Assembly (NCBI GenBank): GCA_965223415.1
Contig: OZ245002.1
Coordinates: 2,880,001-2,944,000, forward strand
Source of the DNA: Myxococcota bacterium
GTDB taxonomy: Bacteria; Myxococcota_A; UBA9160; UBA6930
DNA length: 64,000 nt
Direction: 5' to 3'
The translations under genes and the position numbers were made by a program. How positions within the stretch are numbered: position 1 is the stretch's first letter; the number at the start of each line of letters is the position of its first letter. Below the pieces are notes generated by a model that saw only the letters and a list, made by a program, of their open reading frames with translations, was not told the DNA's origin and searched no databases. Shown piece after piece: positions 18,046-27,954 of the stretch.

Positions 18046-19593
18046 ATGAGCGAGTCGCAGCGGCGGCACATCGAAGTGATGGACACGACCCTGCGGGACG
18101 GCGAGCAGACCCCGGAGATCGCCTACACCCCGGAGGAGAAGCTCCAGCTCGCTCGCACCCTGCTGGCGGACGTGGGCGTGGACCGCATCGAGATCGCCGG
18201 CACCCGGGTCTCCGAGGGCGAGCGGGAGGCCGCCCGCAAGATCTGCCGCTGGGCGAAGCGCGCCGGCATGCTGCGCCGCATCGAGATGCTCGGCTACTGC
18301 GACGGCACCAAGAGCGTCGATTGGCTCCACGAGACCGGCGGACGCGTGCTGAACCTCCTCGTGAAGGGCTCCGAGCACCACTGCACGACCCAGCTCCGCA
18401 TGTCGCCGGAGCAGCACCGCAAGAAGGTCGCCGAGACCCTCGTCTACGCCCGCAAGCGGCGGGTGCGGACCAACGTCTACCTCGAGGACTGGTCCAGCGG
18501 CGTGGTCGACAGCCCGGACTACGTGTTCGCGCTGCTGCGCGCCCTCGGCGAGCACCGGGTCGATCGCGCCTTCCTGGCGGATACCCTCGGCATCCAGGCG
18601 CCCCGGGACGTGGCCCGCGGCATCGACCTCATGGTGGCGAGCTTCCCGGACGTCCACTTCGAGTACCACTGCCACAACGACTACGGCCTCTCGACGGCGA
18701 ACGTGCTGGCGGCCGTCGGCGCCGGCGCCCGGGGCGTGCACACCAGCGTCAACGGGCTGGGCGAGCGGGCGGGCAACGCCCGGCTCTCCGAGGCGGTGGC
18801 GGCGCTCCACGACCACGGGCCTTACGAGACGAACGTGAACGAATCCCGGCTGGTGGGTGTCTCGCGTCTCGTGGAGATCTTCAGCGGCAAGGAGGTGGCG
18901 GCGAACACGCCCATCGTCGGGCGGGACGTCTTCACCCAGACCGCCGGCATCCACGCCGACGGCGATGCCAAAGGCGATCTCTACGAGAGCCGGCTCGTGC
19001 CCGTGCGCTTCGGACGCCGGCGGCGCTACGCCCTGGGCAAGCTCTCGGGCAAGGCCTCCCTCGACCAGAACCTGGCTCAGCTCGGCATCGAGCTCGACGA
19101 CAAGGAGCGCGATCTGGTCCTCCAGCGCATCGTCGAGCTCGGCGACAAGAAGCACACGGTCGTTCCCGAGGACCTGCGCTTCATCATCGCCGACGTGCTG
19201 AAGACGCCGCGGGAGCACCTGGTCCAGGTCGAGCGCTACGACGTGGCGGTGGCCAGCGACCGGCTCCCGGAGGCGACGGTGGAGGTGGCCTATCAGGGTG
19301 AGCGGGCGAGCGCGCGCGCCAGCGGCGACGGCGGCTACGACGCCTTCATGAACGCTCTCAAGAAGGCGGTGAAGCGCTTCGGCCTCGAGGTACCGCGGCT
19401 GCAGGACTTCCGCGTGCGCATCCCGCCGGGAGGCCGCACGAGTGCGCTGGTCGAGACGCTGATCACCTGGCGCGGCGAGGCGGGCGAGGATGCGTTCTCG
19501 ACGATCGGCGTGGACTCGGACCAGCTCGCAGCAGCGGTGATCGCGACGGAGAAGATGCTGAACGCCGTGGCGGCGCGTAGCCAGGAGTCGTGA
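18046..19593 (+). CDS. cimA: (R)-citramalate synthase (LeuA/CimA family, Leptospira/Bacteroidetes type)
   Basis: MDTTLRDGEQT, NVYLEDWS, HCHNDYG, NGLGERAGN, VFTQTAGIHADGD and C-terminal regulatory RIPPGG. Confidence 0.8.
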   Translation: MSESQRRHIEVMDTTLRDGEQTPEIAYTPEEKLQLARTLLADVGVDRIEIAGTRVSEGEREAARKICRWAKRAGMLRRIEMLGYCDGTKSVDWLHETGGRVLNLLVKGSEHHCTTQLRMSPEQHRKKVAETLVYARKRRVRTNVYLEDWSSGVVDSPDYVFALLRALGEHRVDRAFLADTLGIQAPRDVARGIDLMVASFPDVHFEYHCHNDYGLSTANVLAAVGAGARGVHTSVNGLGERAGNARLSEAVAALHDHGPYETNVNESRLVGVSRLVEIFSGKEVAANTPIVGRDVFTQTAGIHADGDAKGDLYESRLVPVRFGRRRRYALGKLSGKASLDQNLAQLGIELDDKERDLVLQRIVELGDKKHTVVPEDLRFIIADVLKTPREHLVQVERYDVAVASDRLPEATVEVAYQGERASARASGDGGYDAFMNALKKAVKRFGLEVPRLQDFRVRIPPGGRTSALVETLITWRGEAGEDAFSTIGVDSDQLAAAVIATEKMLNAVAARSQES

Positions 19594-20522
19594 GGCCGGG
19601 TCGCGCGCTGGCGTTCGTCGGGCTCGCGGCCTGCCTCGGCTGCGCGAGCCCGCCCGGGCCCGACCCGCGCTACCGCCCCACCCAGAGCGTGCTCGAGGTG
19701 GTGGCGGTCCTGCGCCGCCACGTGCCCGACGACACCTATCGCTTCCCGCCGGCCCGGGACTTCACGGGCCGCAACGTCTACCGCGCCTCGCTGCTGCGCC
19801 TGGAGAACCTGGAGGCGGCCCACGCCGAGGCCCTGCGCGCGGGCACCCTCGACGACGTGATCGCCTTCTCGAAGGCGCGCGCCCTCGAGCGCATCCGCGC
19901 CTTCGAGCTGGCTGCGACGAGCTACCGGCGCGCCGCCGAGCGGGAGGGACCGCTGCGCGAGGAGGCCCTGCGCAGCGCCGCCCTGTGCGACGCCCTGGGC
20001 GAGGCCGCCGGGCTCGAGCCCGCCGGAAGCGGCGGCGCCGCCGGGCGCGAGGAGGCGCTGGCCACCTTCGAGCGCCGCCGCGCGCTGCTCGAAGCGTTGC
20101 TCGCGGAAGCCACCGGCACCCACTTCGCGCCGGTGATCCGGGAAGAGCTCGAGCGCACCGACCTCGCCCGTGCGCGCTTCCTGGCGGACGTGCGCCGCCT
20201 CTACCCGGACGGCGACGTGCGCGCGCTCTCCGCCATCCAGCAGCTCGTGGTGACCCACCGAGAGAGCAAGAACACGAACGGCCACCTGTTGGCCCTCGGC
20301 GACCTCTACGCCGAGCTGGCGGTGGAGTACGTGCAGACGCATCCCCCGGAAAGCCTCGGCTTCGACCCGCCCCGCTTCGAGGAGCTGGTCGAGGCGGCAG
20401 CGCGCATGTACGAGGCCGTTTCGAACCAGGACGGCGCGGCGGAGAAGCTCGAGGCGGCGCGGCGGCTGGAGGCCTTCCTGGCCTTCACGCTCAAGGTCGA
20501 CCGGGATCGGTTCTCTCCGTGA
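19590..20522 (+). CDS. Hypothetical helical lipoprotein
   Basis: Lipobox-like LAACLGC. GTGA overlap with the cimA stop. Confidence 0.8.
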   Translation: MRPGRALAFVGLAACLGCASPPGPDPRYRPTQSVLEVVAVLRRHVPDDTYRFPPARDFTGRNVYRASLLRLENLEAAHAEALRAGTLDDVIAFSKARALERIRAFELAATSYRRAAEREGPLREEALRSAALCDALGEAAGLEPAGSGGAAGREEALATFERRRALLEALLAEATGTHFAPVIREELERTDLARARFLADVRRLYPDGDVRALSAIQQLVVTHRESKNTNGHLLALGDLYAELAVEYVQTHPPESLGFDPPRFEELVEAAARMYEAVSNQDGAAEKLEAARRLEAFLAFTLKVDRDRFSP

Positions 20523-22789
20523 GGCCGGCGGCGCGCGTCCTGGTGGCGTTGGTCGCGGTCGCACTGGGCGGCTGCACCGGCGCGCTCACGCCGGCGGTGG
20601 ATCCGCTCGAGCCGCTTCCGTCCCTCGCCCGCTACGTGCCCGACGCCCTCGACCGCTCCGCCCGGGACCTGGCGGTGGAGGTGCTGCGCGGCGACGACGA
20701 GGGGCTTTCGCGGGAGCTCGCGGAGCTCCTCACCCTGGACGCGGAGCGGGTCGCCCGGGGCGAGGCGCCGAGCGGCCTGATCCCCTACGCCCTCGACGCG
20801 CGCAATGCCACCGTCGCCGACGCCCGGGTGCGACGGCTCGCGGGCCGCGCGCTCCTCGAGCGTGCCGACGTGCCGGCGGCCCTGCGCAAACGCGTCGAGG
20901 AGGAGATCCGCGACGACCCGCTCGCCCTGGCCGGCCAGCGCCTGCGGGACCGCTGGATCCTGCGCTACGGCCGCGTCGCCAACTCGATGATGGAATCGGT
21001 AGGCAGCTCGTTGGGCGGCGTCCTCCTGCCCTACCGGCTCGCCCAGTCGGTGATCAACATCGCCCTCGCCGAGCACATGGAAGACGAGCTCACCACCGGC
21101 GAGCGCCAGGCCCTCGCCCACTGGAAGCGCTTCGTGGAGGAGCACCCCCAGGCTCCGGAGGCGCTCGAGCTGCTGGAACGCATCCGGGAGGCCCAGCTGC
21201 GCTGGAGCCGGACCCAGCGGGACCTGGCAATGCGCAAGGCCGGCGAGGCCCTGGAGGCGGGTGCGCCGCTCTTCGCCTCCGCCTACGCGGAGCGGGCGCT
21301 GCGCCATGCGCCGGAAGACCCGGCGGCGCGGGAGCTCCTGGAAGAGGCCCGCCAGCGCGCCACCGCCTGGCAGGCGGACCGGGAGCGGGCGGAGGCGCCG
21401 GCGCCCGAGGCCTTGACCGACGCCGCCCGCCAGGCCGCGCTCTCCCGGGCGCTGCTCGCCCCCGAGGGTCGGACCCTGCGCGATGCGGCGGCCCTTGCCC
21501 GGGAGATCGTGGCCGGGGGCCCCGGCGCGCCCCTGGCCTCCGAGGCCCGCTACGTGCTCGCCCTGGCCGCGGGTGCGCGCGGTGTGGACGGCGAGCGCTG
21601 GGAACGCCTCGAGACCCTGGCGGCGGAGGACGACGCGACGTCGGCCATGGCCCGCCACGCCCGGCAGGAGTGGGAGAGCTTCGACACGAATCCGTACCGC
21701 GCCTTCCAGGCGGCACTCGACCAGGCGGAGAGCGAGCAGGTGCGCGGCACGTTGTTTGGCGCGCTCAAGGACGGGCCGCGGGATCGGGACCTGCCGCGCT
21801 GGCTCGAGGTGGCCCTCGAGGTGCCCTCCACCGTCGGTGTGCTGGCGGGGCTCCCGATGCGGGTGATCCAGGCGCCCTTCGAGCGACCGCCCCTGCAGGC
21901 GCCAGCGGCGCTGGCGCGGCGCACCCTCGAGCGGGAGCCGGGCAGCGCCCACGCGGACGAGGCCCGTCGCTGGCTCGTGGAATACGAGCGTGAGCGCGGC
22001 AACGCCGTCGGCGCCCTGGGGCTGCTCGAGGCCGCGCCGGGCGCTTCCCCGGCGGAGCTCACCGAGCTGCGCGAGGCGGCCGGCCTTCAGGCCTACGAGG
22101 CCTCCCGGAAGGAGAAGCGGCGCGACGTGCGCCTGCAGCTCCTGCGGGACGCGGCCCGCCAGTTCGCCGGTACCGAGGGCGGGCAGAAGGCCGGCGAGGC
22201 GGCTCGCGAGGAGCTGCGCACGGCCACGAGCCAGCGGATCCGCATCAGCCGCGGCTTCCTGCTGGAGAACCCGGCCGTCGCCGGGCCCGAGGGCCTCGCC
22301 CTGCGGCCGACCCTGCTGGACGACGAGCCTGCCAACGGAGAGCTGCACCCCGAGGGCGTCACGTTGCTGGGCGAGCGGGTCCTGGAGATCGCGCTCCTCG
22401 ACGGACGGCCGAGCCAGGAGCCGACGCGCACCCGCCAGCGGGTCTCCGAGGAGCGGCTGGCGCGGTTGGTGGCGCAACTGGAGGAGGCGACCCTGCACAC
22501 CCTCCTCACCGATCGCGACGCCCGCGTCGAGCACGACGCGGACCGGGACCTCTACTTCGAGCGCGCCCGCCTCGGCACCCTCGGCCGCGTCGACGCCCGG
22601 CCCCACGCCGAGAGCGACTACGCCTTCCTCGGCATGCGGGAGCGCTACGGACTGGTGCGCTCCCGCGAGTCCATCCTGCCCGTCCAGCTCGTCCTCCAGG
22701 GCAGTTTCGAGGACTTCGGCCTCGGCGCCTTCCCCCGCATCCGCATGCCCAAGACCACCCCGGACGCCTTCCTCTACAAGGACCGGTAG
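20519..22789 (+). CDS. Large hypothetical helical/TPR-like lipoprotein (756 aa)
   Basis: GTG start overlapping the upstream stop, lipobox ALGGC, TPR-like AERALRHAPEDPAARELL. Confidence 0.8.
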   Translation: MRPAARVLVALVAVALGGCTGALTPAVDPLEPLPSLARYVPDALDRSARDLAVEVLRGDDEGLSRELAELLTLDAERVARGEAPSGLIPYALDARNATVADARVRRLAGRALLERADVPAALRKRVEEEIRDDPLALAGQRLRDRWILRYGRVANSMMESVGSSLGGVLLPYRLAQSVINIALAEHMEDELTTGERQALAHWKRFVEEHPQAPEALELLERIREAQLRWSRTQRDLAMRKAGEALEAGAPLFASAYAERALRHAPEDPAARELLEEARQRATAWQADRERAEAPAPEALTDAARQAALSRALLAPEGRTLRDAAALAREIVAGGPGAPLASEARYVLALAAGARGVDGERWERLETLAAEDDATSAMARHARQEWESFDTNPYRAFQAALDQAESEQVRGTLFGALKDGPRDRDLPRWLEVALEVPSTVGVLAGLPMRVIQAPFERPPLQAPAALARRTLEREPGSAHADEARRWLVEYERERGNAVGALGLLEAAPGASPAELTELREAAGLQAYEASRKEKRRDVRLQLLRDAARQFAGTEGGQKAGEAAREELRTATSQRIRISRGFLLENPAVAGPEGLALRPTLLDDEPANGELHPEGVTLLGERVLEIALLDGRPSQEPTRTRQRVSEERLARLVAQLEEATLHTLLTDRDARVEHDADRDLYFERARLGTLGRVDARPHAESDYAFLGMRERYGLVRSRESILPVQLVLQGSFEDFGLGAFPRIRMPKTTPDAFLYKDR

Positions 22790-22860
22790 GTGAGACAAGG
22801 GGACGTTCCTTTCTGTCTCACGCCTAGCGTGAGACAGAAAGGAACGTCCCCTTGTCCCAC
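22790..22860. repeat. Long palindrome (34-bp arms, 1 mismatch), REP/REPIN-like
   Basis: GTGAGACAAGGGGACGTTCCTTTCTGTCTCACGC-cta-GCGTGAGACAGAAAGGAACGTCCCCTTGTCCCAC, between convergent genes. Confidence 0.9.
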
Positions 22861-24104
22861 GCCTCGGCGATCAGTTCGATGGGGTGGGCGAGGCGGACCG
22901 GGAGGCCTCGCATCCGCGCGCCGGCTTCGAGCTGGAGGAGGCAGCCCGGGTTGCCGGTGGCGATGACGTCGGGGCGGGCGGCTTCGAGGGCATCGAGCTT
23001 GCGGGCCAGGACGGCGGCGGACATCTCCGGGTGGGTGAGGTTGTAGATGCCGGCGGCGCCACAGCAGGCGCCCGGGTCGTCGTGGGGGACGAGCTCGAGC
23101 TCGGGGATCGCCTCGAGCAGCCGGCGCGGCGCGGCGGCCACGCCCTGGGCGTGGACCAGGTGGCAGGGATCGTCGTAGGCGACGCGCAGGGGCAACGGAG
23201 CCGGCGTGCCGCGCAGACCGACCTCGTCCAGGAACTCGCACACGTCGCGCACCTGGCCAGCCAGGGACACACCCTCGTCGCCGAGCCACGAGTCGGCCTC
23301 GCGCAGGGCCGCGCCGCAGCCGGCGGAATTCACGACGACGGCGGCGATCTCGCCCGCCTCGCGAAATGCGGCCACGTTCGCACGAGCCAGCTCCGCTGCG
23401 AGATTCGGCTCTCCGGCATGGGCTTGCAGCGCCCCGCAGCAGCCCTGGCCCGCCGGCACGAGCACGTCGAAGCCCTGCTGGCGGAGCACCTCGGCGGTCG
23501 CCCGGTTCACCGCGCCGAAGAATGCCGGCATGATGCAGCCCTCGAGCAGGGCGACTCGCCCGCGGCGCTCGCCTCGTGCGGGGCTCACGGCGGGCAGGCG
23601 ACGGCGCTCGGCGCCCGGCGGAATCGCGGGCAGCAGGGCCTGCATCTCGCGCAAGCGGCGGGGGAGCAGGGGCAGGACGATCCGGTCGAGTCGGAAGCGC
23701 TGGGCCACTCCCAGCGCGGCCACCAGCGCTTCGAGCACCCGCGGGCGGGGCACGACCCGTTGGAGGGCGAGCCGCTCCAGGCGCTTGGGCCAGCCGGCGC
23801 GGAGACCGGCCGCGTCCACGGCCGCCCGGGTGCGCTTGAGCAGGTGCCCGTAGGCGACGCCCGAGGGACAAGCGGTCTCGCAGGCCCGGCAGCCGAGGCA
23901 GAGGTACGCCTCCTCGGCGAGCGTGTCACCGAGCGGGATCTCGCCCTCGGCGGCGCCGCGCATCAGGTAGACGCGACCGCGGGGCGACGAGGTCTCGCGA
24001 CCGGTCTCCCGGTAGGTCGGACACGAGGAGAGGCAGAGCCCGCAGTGCACGCAATCGAGGGTGCCCGGGTGCAGGGCCTCGAGGCCGGGGCCGGCGGCGT
24101 CCAC
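22824..24104 (-). CDS. glcF: Glycolate oxidase iron-sulfur subunit GlcF
   Basis: CVHCGLCLSSCPTY, SPRGR, CLGCRACETACPSGV, two CCG domains, NPGC. Confidence 0.9.
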   Translation of the reverse strand: MDAAGPGLEALHPGTLDCVHCGLCLSSCPTYRETGRETSSPRGRVYLMRGAAEGEIPLGDTLAEEAYLCLGCRACETACPSGVAYGHLLKRTRAAVDAAGLRAGWPKRLERLALQRVVPRPRVLEALVAALGVAQRFRLDRIVLPLLPRRLREMQALLPAIPPGAERRRLPAVSPARGERRGRVALLEGCIMPAFFGAVNRATAEVLRQQGFDVLVPAGQGCCGALQAHAGEPNLAAELARANVAAFREAGEIAAVVVNSAGCGAALREADSWLGDEGVSLAGQVRDVCEFLDEVGLRGTPAPLPLRVAYDDPCHLVHAQGVAAAPRRLLEAIPELELVPHDDPGACCGAAGIYNLTHPEMSAAVLARKLDALEAARPDVIATGNPGCLLQLEAGARMRGLPVRLAHPIELIAEAWDKGTFLSVSR

Positions 24105-24107
24105 GAC

Positions 24108-25271
24108 TCAGATCCTCCCAGCGAAGCGCCCGGGGTTCAGGAGACCCTGGGGATCGTATTGGGCCTTCACGGCCGCCTGGAGCGGGCGCAGCGCGGGGCT
24201 CTCGCTGAAGAGCGCGCGGGTGCGCCGGGTCTCGAGAGGCGCCGACTCGACCCGGTAGCCCTCGCCCACCTGCGCCGCCACGTCGAGGGCGCGCTCGTCC
24301 GGAGCCAGAGCCCAGAGCAGGCCGCGGCTCGGCTGAGCGAGCACCTGGGCGCTGGCCGCCGCCAAGGCCCGGGCGGCGCCGGACAGGGCGCTCGGCAGCA
24401 CCGCGACGCGCACGCGAAGCCCGGCCTCCCGTCCCTGCAGCTCGCGCACCCGGCCCAGGCCCGCGGGCTCGGCCGCCTCGCCGAGGGCCTCGCGATCGGC
24501 GACCACCGCCGGCTCGTCGCCGGCCAGCTCGATCAGGGCGCCGGGCTCGCCGTATCCGAGCTCCCGGGCCAGCCCGTCCGAGAGCCACGCCGCAGCCCGC
24601 ACGCTCGGGCGGCGGACGCACTCCACGACGGCACCGGGATCCGGCGCCGGCACCCAACGGAGGGCCGTGGCCTGGGGCGCGGGACACAGGCGCAGCCAGG
24701 CCCCCTCGATCACACCGAGGCTCCCGAGGGAGCCCAGGTAGAGCTTGGCCAGGTCGTAGCCGGTCACGTTCTTCACCACCCGACCGCCGCAGCGCACCCG
24801 CTCGCCGGTGGCGAGCGCGGTCTCCAGGCCGAGCACCACGTCCCGAGGGTGGCCGAAACACAGGCCCGGCGCGGCCGTGGCGAGGCAGCCGCCCAGGGTC
24901 GCGGCGGGGCTGGCGGGATCGAGGGGCAGCTCCCAGGCCCCGTCGGTGGCTTTGCGAACGTGTTCGCGGAGAGACGAAACCCGTGCTCCGGCGGGCAGAT
25001 GCGCGACGCCGTCCTCCGCATCCACCCGGAGCTCGGAGGCCAGGCCCGCGGTCTCGAGAAGCACGCGCGCCTCCGGCATCGGGTAGCCGAGACCGTCCCA
25101 GCTCCCGCCGCCCCGCACCACCGCCGGCGCCTTCGCCTCGCCCAGCACCCGGAGCGCCGCCGCCAGCTCCTCGCCCGAGCGGGGCCGCGCCCGGACATCG
25201 AGCCCCGCCTCCGCCGCCACCCCGACCCGATCGTCGCCGAGCACCCGGCGGAGCGCCTCCTCCAGGCTCAC
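24108..25271 (-). CDS. glcE: Glycolate oxidase FAD subunit GlcE-like
   Basis: ATLGGCLA, GGRVVKNVTGYDLAKLYLGSLGSLGVI, YDPQGLLNPG. Confidence 0.88.
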   Translation of the reverse strand: MSLEEALRRVLGDDRVGVAAEAGLDVRARPRSGEELAAALRVLGEAKAPAVVRGGGSWDGLGYPMPEARVLLETAGLASELRVDAEDGVAHLPAGARVSSLREHVRKATDGAWELPLDPASPAATLGGCLATAAPGLCFGHPRDVVLGLETALATGERVRCGGRVVKNVTGYDLAKLYLGSLGSLGVIEGAWLRLCPAPQATALRWVPAPDPGAVVECVRRPSVRAAAWLSDGLARELGYGEPGALIELAGDEPAVVADREALGEAAEPAGLGRVRELQGREAGLRVRVAVLPSALSGAARALAAASAQVLAQPSRGLLWALAPDERALDVAAQVGEGYRVESAPLETRRTRALFSESPALRPLQAAVKAQYDPQGLLNPGRFAGRI

Positions 25272-26701
25272 CCGAGCGGCACCTGGTCGTAGCCCCGGGC
25301 CTTCGGGTTGGCCTCGAAGCAGAAGCGGGTGGTCGGGAAGAGCTTGCCCGGGTTGCAGGTGAGGGTCGGGTCGAAGGCGGCGCGCAGCTTCTTCATCGCT
25401 TCGAGGTCGTCGTCAGAGAAGAGCAGCCGCATGTGCTCGCGCTTCTCGGTGCCGATGCCGTGCTCGCCGCTGATCACCCCGCCGGCCTCGACACACAGGC
25501 GCAGGATCTCTTCGCCGGCGGCCAGCACCCGGGCCAGCTCGTCCGCATCCCGGCGGTCGAAGGAGATGTTCGGGTGCAGGTTGCCGTCGCCGGCGTGGAA
25601 GACGTTCGAGAGCCGGATGTGGTGGCGATCGCCGATCGCGCAGACCGCCTCCAGGATCTCGGGCAGCTTCTTGCGGGGAACGACCGCGTCGTTCACGTAG
25701 AGGTCCGGCGCCAGCCGTCCCATGGCGCCGAAGGCGCCCTTGCGGGCCCGCCAGAAGCGCTGGCGCTCCTCCTCGTCCCGGGCCACCTGCACGTCCCGGG
25801 CGCCCTCGGCCAGGGCGAGCGCGCGGGTGCGCTCGGCCTGGGCGCCGACGGCCGCGGCCGGGCCGTCCAGCTCCGCGATCAGCACGGCCCCCGCGTCGGT
25901 CGGCAGGCCGGCGGCGTACACGCTGGCCTCCACCGCCTCGATCGTGCGCCGGTCGACGATCTCCATCGCCGCGGGCACGAGCCCGCTGCGGATGATCGCG
26001 CCGACCGCGCGACAGGCCGAGATCACGTCGGGGAAGATCCCGAGCAGCGTCTCGCTGCGCTCGGGGATGGGGCTCAGGCCCACCGTCGCCTCGGTGACGA
26101 CCCCCAGCGTCCCCTCGCTGCCGACCACCGGGCCGACCAGGTCGTAGCCGGAGGGGAAGCCCGTCGGCGAGCCCAGCCGCACCACCTCCCCGTCCGGGAG
26201 CACCAGCTCGAGGGCCCGCACGTGATTCGTGGTGGTGCCGTACTTCAGCGTGTGGGGCCCGCCGGAGTTCTCGGCCACGTTGCCGCCGATCGTGCAGGCC
26301 TGCTGACTCGAGGGGTCCGGCGCGTAGAAGAGCCCGTGGCACGCGATCGCTCTGGAGAGATCCGCGTTCACGACGCCAGGCTGCACGACCGCGTAGCGGT
26401 CGCCGGGCTCGACCCGGAGGATGCGGTTCATGCGCGCGCACTCGATGATCACGCCGCCGCCCAGCGCGAGGGCTCCTCCGGAGAGCCCGGTGCCGGCCCC
26501 GCGCGGCACGAACGGCACGTCGTGCCGCCGGCAAGCCTTCACCACCGCCACCACCTGTTCCGTGCGGGCGGGGAGCACCACGGCCCGCGGCCGCGCCGAG
26601 TGGTGGGTGAGCCCGTCCGCCTCGTAGGCGAAGAGCTCCTCCGGCCGGGTCAGCAGCTGGTCCGCGCCGACCGCTTCCCGAAGCTCCGCTTCGAGGGGCA
26701 T
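25268..26701 (-). CDS. glcD: Glycolate oxidase subunit GlcD
   Basis: RGAGTGLSGG, YAPDPSSQQACTIGGNVAENSGGPH, FHAGDGNLHP, SGEHGIG. Confidence 0.93.
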   Translation of the reverse strand: MPLEAELREAVGADQLLTRPEELFAYEADGLTHHSARPRAVVLPARTEQVVAVVKACRRHDVPFVPRGAGTGLSGGALALGGGVIIECARMNRILRVEPGDRYAVVQPGVVNADLSRAIACHGLFYAPDPSSQQACTIGGNVAENSGGPHTLKYGTTTNHVRALELVLPDGEVVRLGSPTGFPSGYDLVGPVVGSEGTLGVVTEATVGLSPIPERSETLLGIFPDVISACRAVGAIIRSGLVPAAMEIVDRRTIEAVEASVYAAGLPTDAGAVLIAELDGPAAAVGAQAERTRALALAEGARDVQVARDEEERQRFWRARKGAFGAMGRLAPDLYVNDAVVPRKKLPEILEAVCAIGDRHHIRLSNVFHAGDGNLHPNISFDRRDADELARVLAAGEEILRLCVEAGGVISGEHGIGTEKREHMRLLFSDDDLEAMKKLRAAFDPTLTCNPGKLFPTTRFCFEANPKARGYDQVPLG

Positions 26702-26712
26702 CCGTTCGGGGC

Positions 26713-27750
26713 CTAGGCGAGGCCGAGCCGCTCGAGGTCGTCCTCGTCGAGGCCCAGGTAGTGGCCGATCTCGTGCTTGACCGTGATCTGGATCTGCAGG
26801 GCCAGCTCGGCGCGGGTGCGGCAGACCTTCTCCAGGTTCTTCTTGAACAGGATCACCCGGTCCATGTCCTGGGCCTGGGAGGTCAGCGCCGCCTCGGTCC
26901 GCGGCACGCCGATGAAGATGCCGAGGATCTGGGGGGAAACGTTCTCGTGGGCCACCATGTCGTCGGCCGGGAAGTCCTCGATCAGACACGGCACGTTCTC
27001 GACGTACTCCCGGATCGACTTGGGAAGATCCGCCAGCGCCTCGGCGGCGACACGCTCGAACTCCTCGCGGGTCACCGCCGTCGGAAGCGGGAAGTGATCC
27101 GCGTCGAGGGCAAAGGCCTGCTGGAAGGCACGCCAGGCGTCGTCCTCGTTGCCGAGGCGCTCGAGCACGAGACCCAGGTGGTAGACGGCGTGGGCGCTCT
27201 CCGGATCGAGGGCGACGGCATGGTCGAGGTGGCGCCGGGCCTCCTGGAGCTGGCCGAGCTCGAACTCGATCTGCCCCTCGAAGGCGCGGTAGACCGCGAC
27301 GTCACCGCCGGTCTGGAGCGCGCGGCGCACCAGGAAGAGCGCGCCCTGGAGATCGTCCAGGTAGAAGAGCGACTTCGACTTGAGGTAGTAGACCTCGCCC
27401 TCGGTCGCCTTGTCCGGCCGGGGGGTCTCGTCGCTGCCGGAGAGCAGGGTGTCGCAGTGCTGGATGGCCTGCTCGAACTCGCCCATCTCCTCGATGAGCA
27501 GCTCGGCCCGGTTCAGGTGGGCGGTGACGAACTTCGGATCCGCCATGGTGGCGAGCTCGAACTGGTAGAGGGCCTCTTCGATCTTGCCCTCGTCCCACAG
27601 GATCTCGCCGCGCCCGTTGTGGGCTTCGGCGCCGCCGGGATGCGCCTTCAGGGCTTCGTCGAGCCACGCGAGCGCTTCATCGGTGCGACCGCCATGGGAA
27701 GCTTCCATGGCCTGGTCGAGGCAGTCCCAGTATCGATCCTTGTCCTTCAT
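26713..27750 (-). CDS. TPR-repeat protein with C-terminal Zincin_1 minimal metallopeptidase domain
   Basis: Several TPRs, then ALADLP..., ILGIFIG and TVKHEIGHYLGLDEDDL (HExxH). Confidence 0.9.
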   Translation of the reverse strand: MKDKDRYWDCLDQAMEASHGGRTDEALAWLDEALKAHPGGAEAHNGRGEILWDEGKIEEALYQFELATMADPKFVTAHLNRAELLIEEMGEFEQAIQHCDTLLSGSDETPRPDKATEGEVYYLKSKSLFYLDDLQGALFLVRRALQTGGDVAVYRAFEGQIEFELGQLQEARRHLDHAVALDPESAHAVYHLGLVLERLGNEDDAWRAFQQAFALDADHFPLPTAVTREEFERVAAEALADLPKSIREYVENVPCLIEDFPADDMVAHENVSPQILGIFIGVPRTEAALTSQAQDMDRVILFKKNLEKVCRTRAELALQIQITVKHEIGHYLGLDEDDLERLGLA

Positions 27751-27890
27751 TTCTCTCGCCGGAGGGGTCCGCCCGAGGCCCCGAACCAGGCGCCAGCGTA
27801 GCAGACCCGACCCGCGGCCGAGGACCGGGACGTCCGTCGATAAGGCGACGTAACTATCTGGAAATGAAGGAAAAAATGAAAACCCGGTAG

Positions 27891-27927
27891 CCCGCCTGCG
27901 GGCCCCGGGAAGGGGCCCGCAGGCGGG
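27891..27927 (-). terminator. Probable intrinsic terminator of the response-regulator gene
   Basis: 16-bp GC stem CCCGCCTGCGGGCCCC/GGGGCCCGCAGGCGGG, with T-rich sequence shortly downstream on the minus strand. Confidence 0.65.
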
Positions 27928-27954
27928 GCCGGTAAGGCCCCGGAAAGGCTCGCC

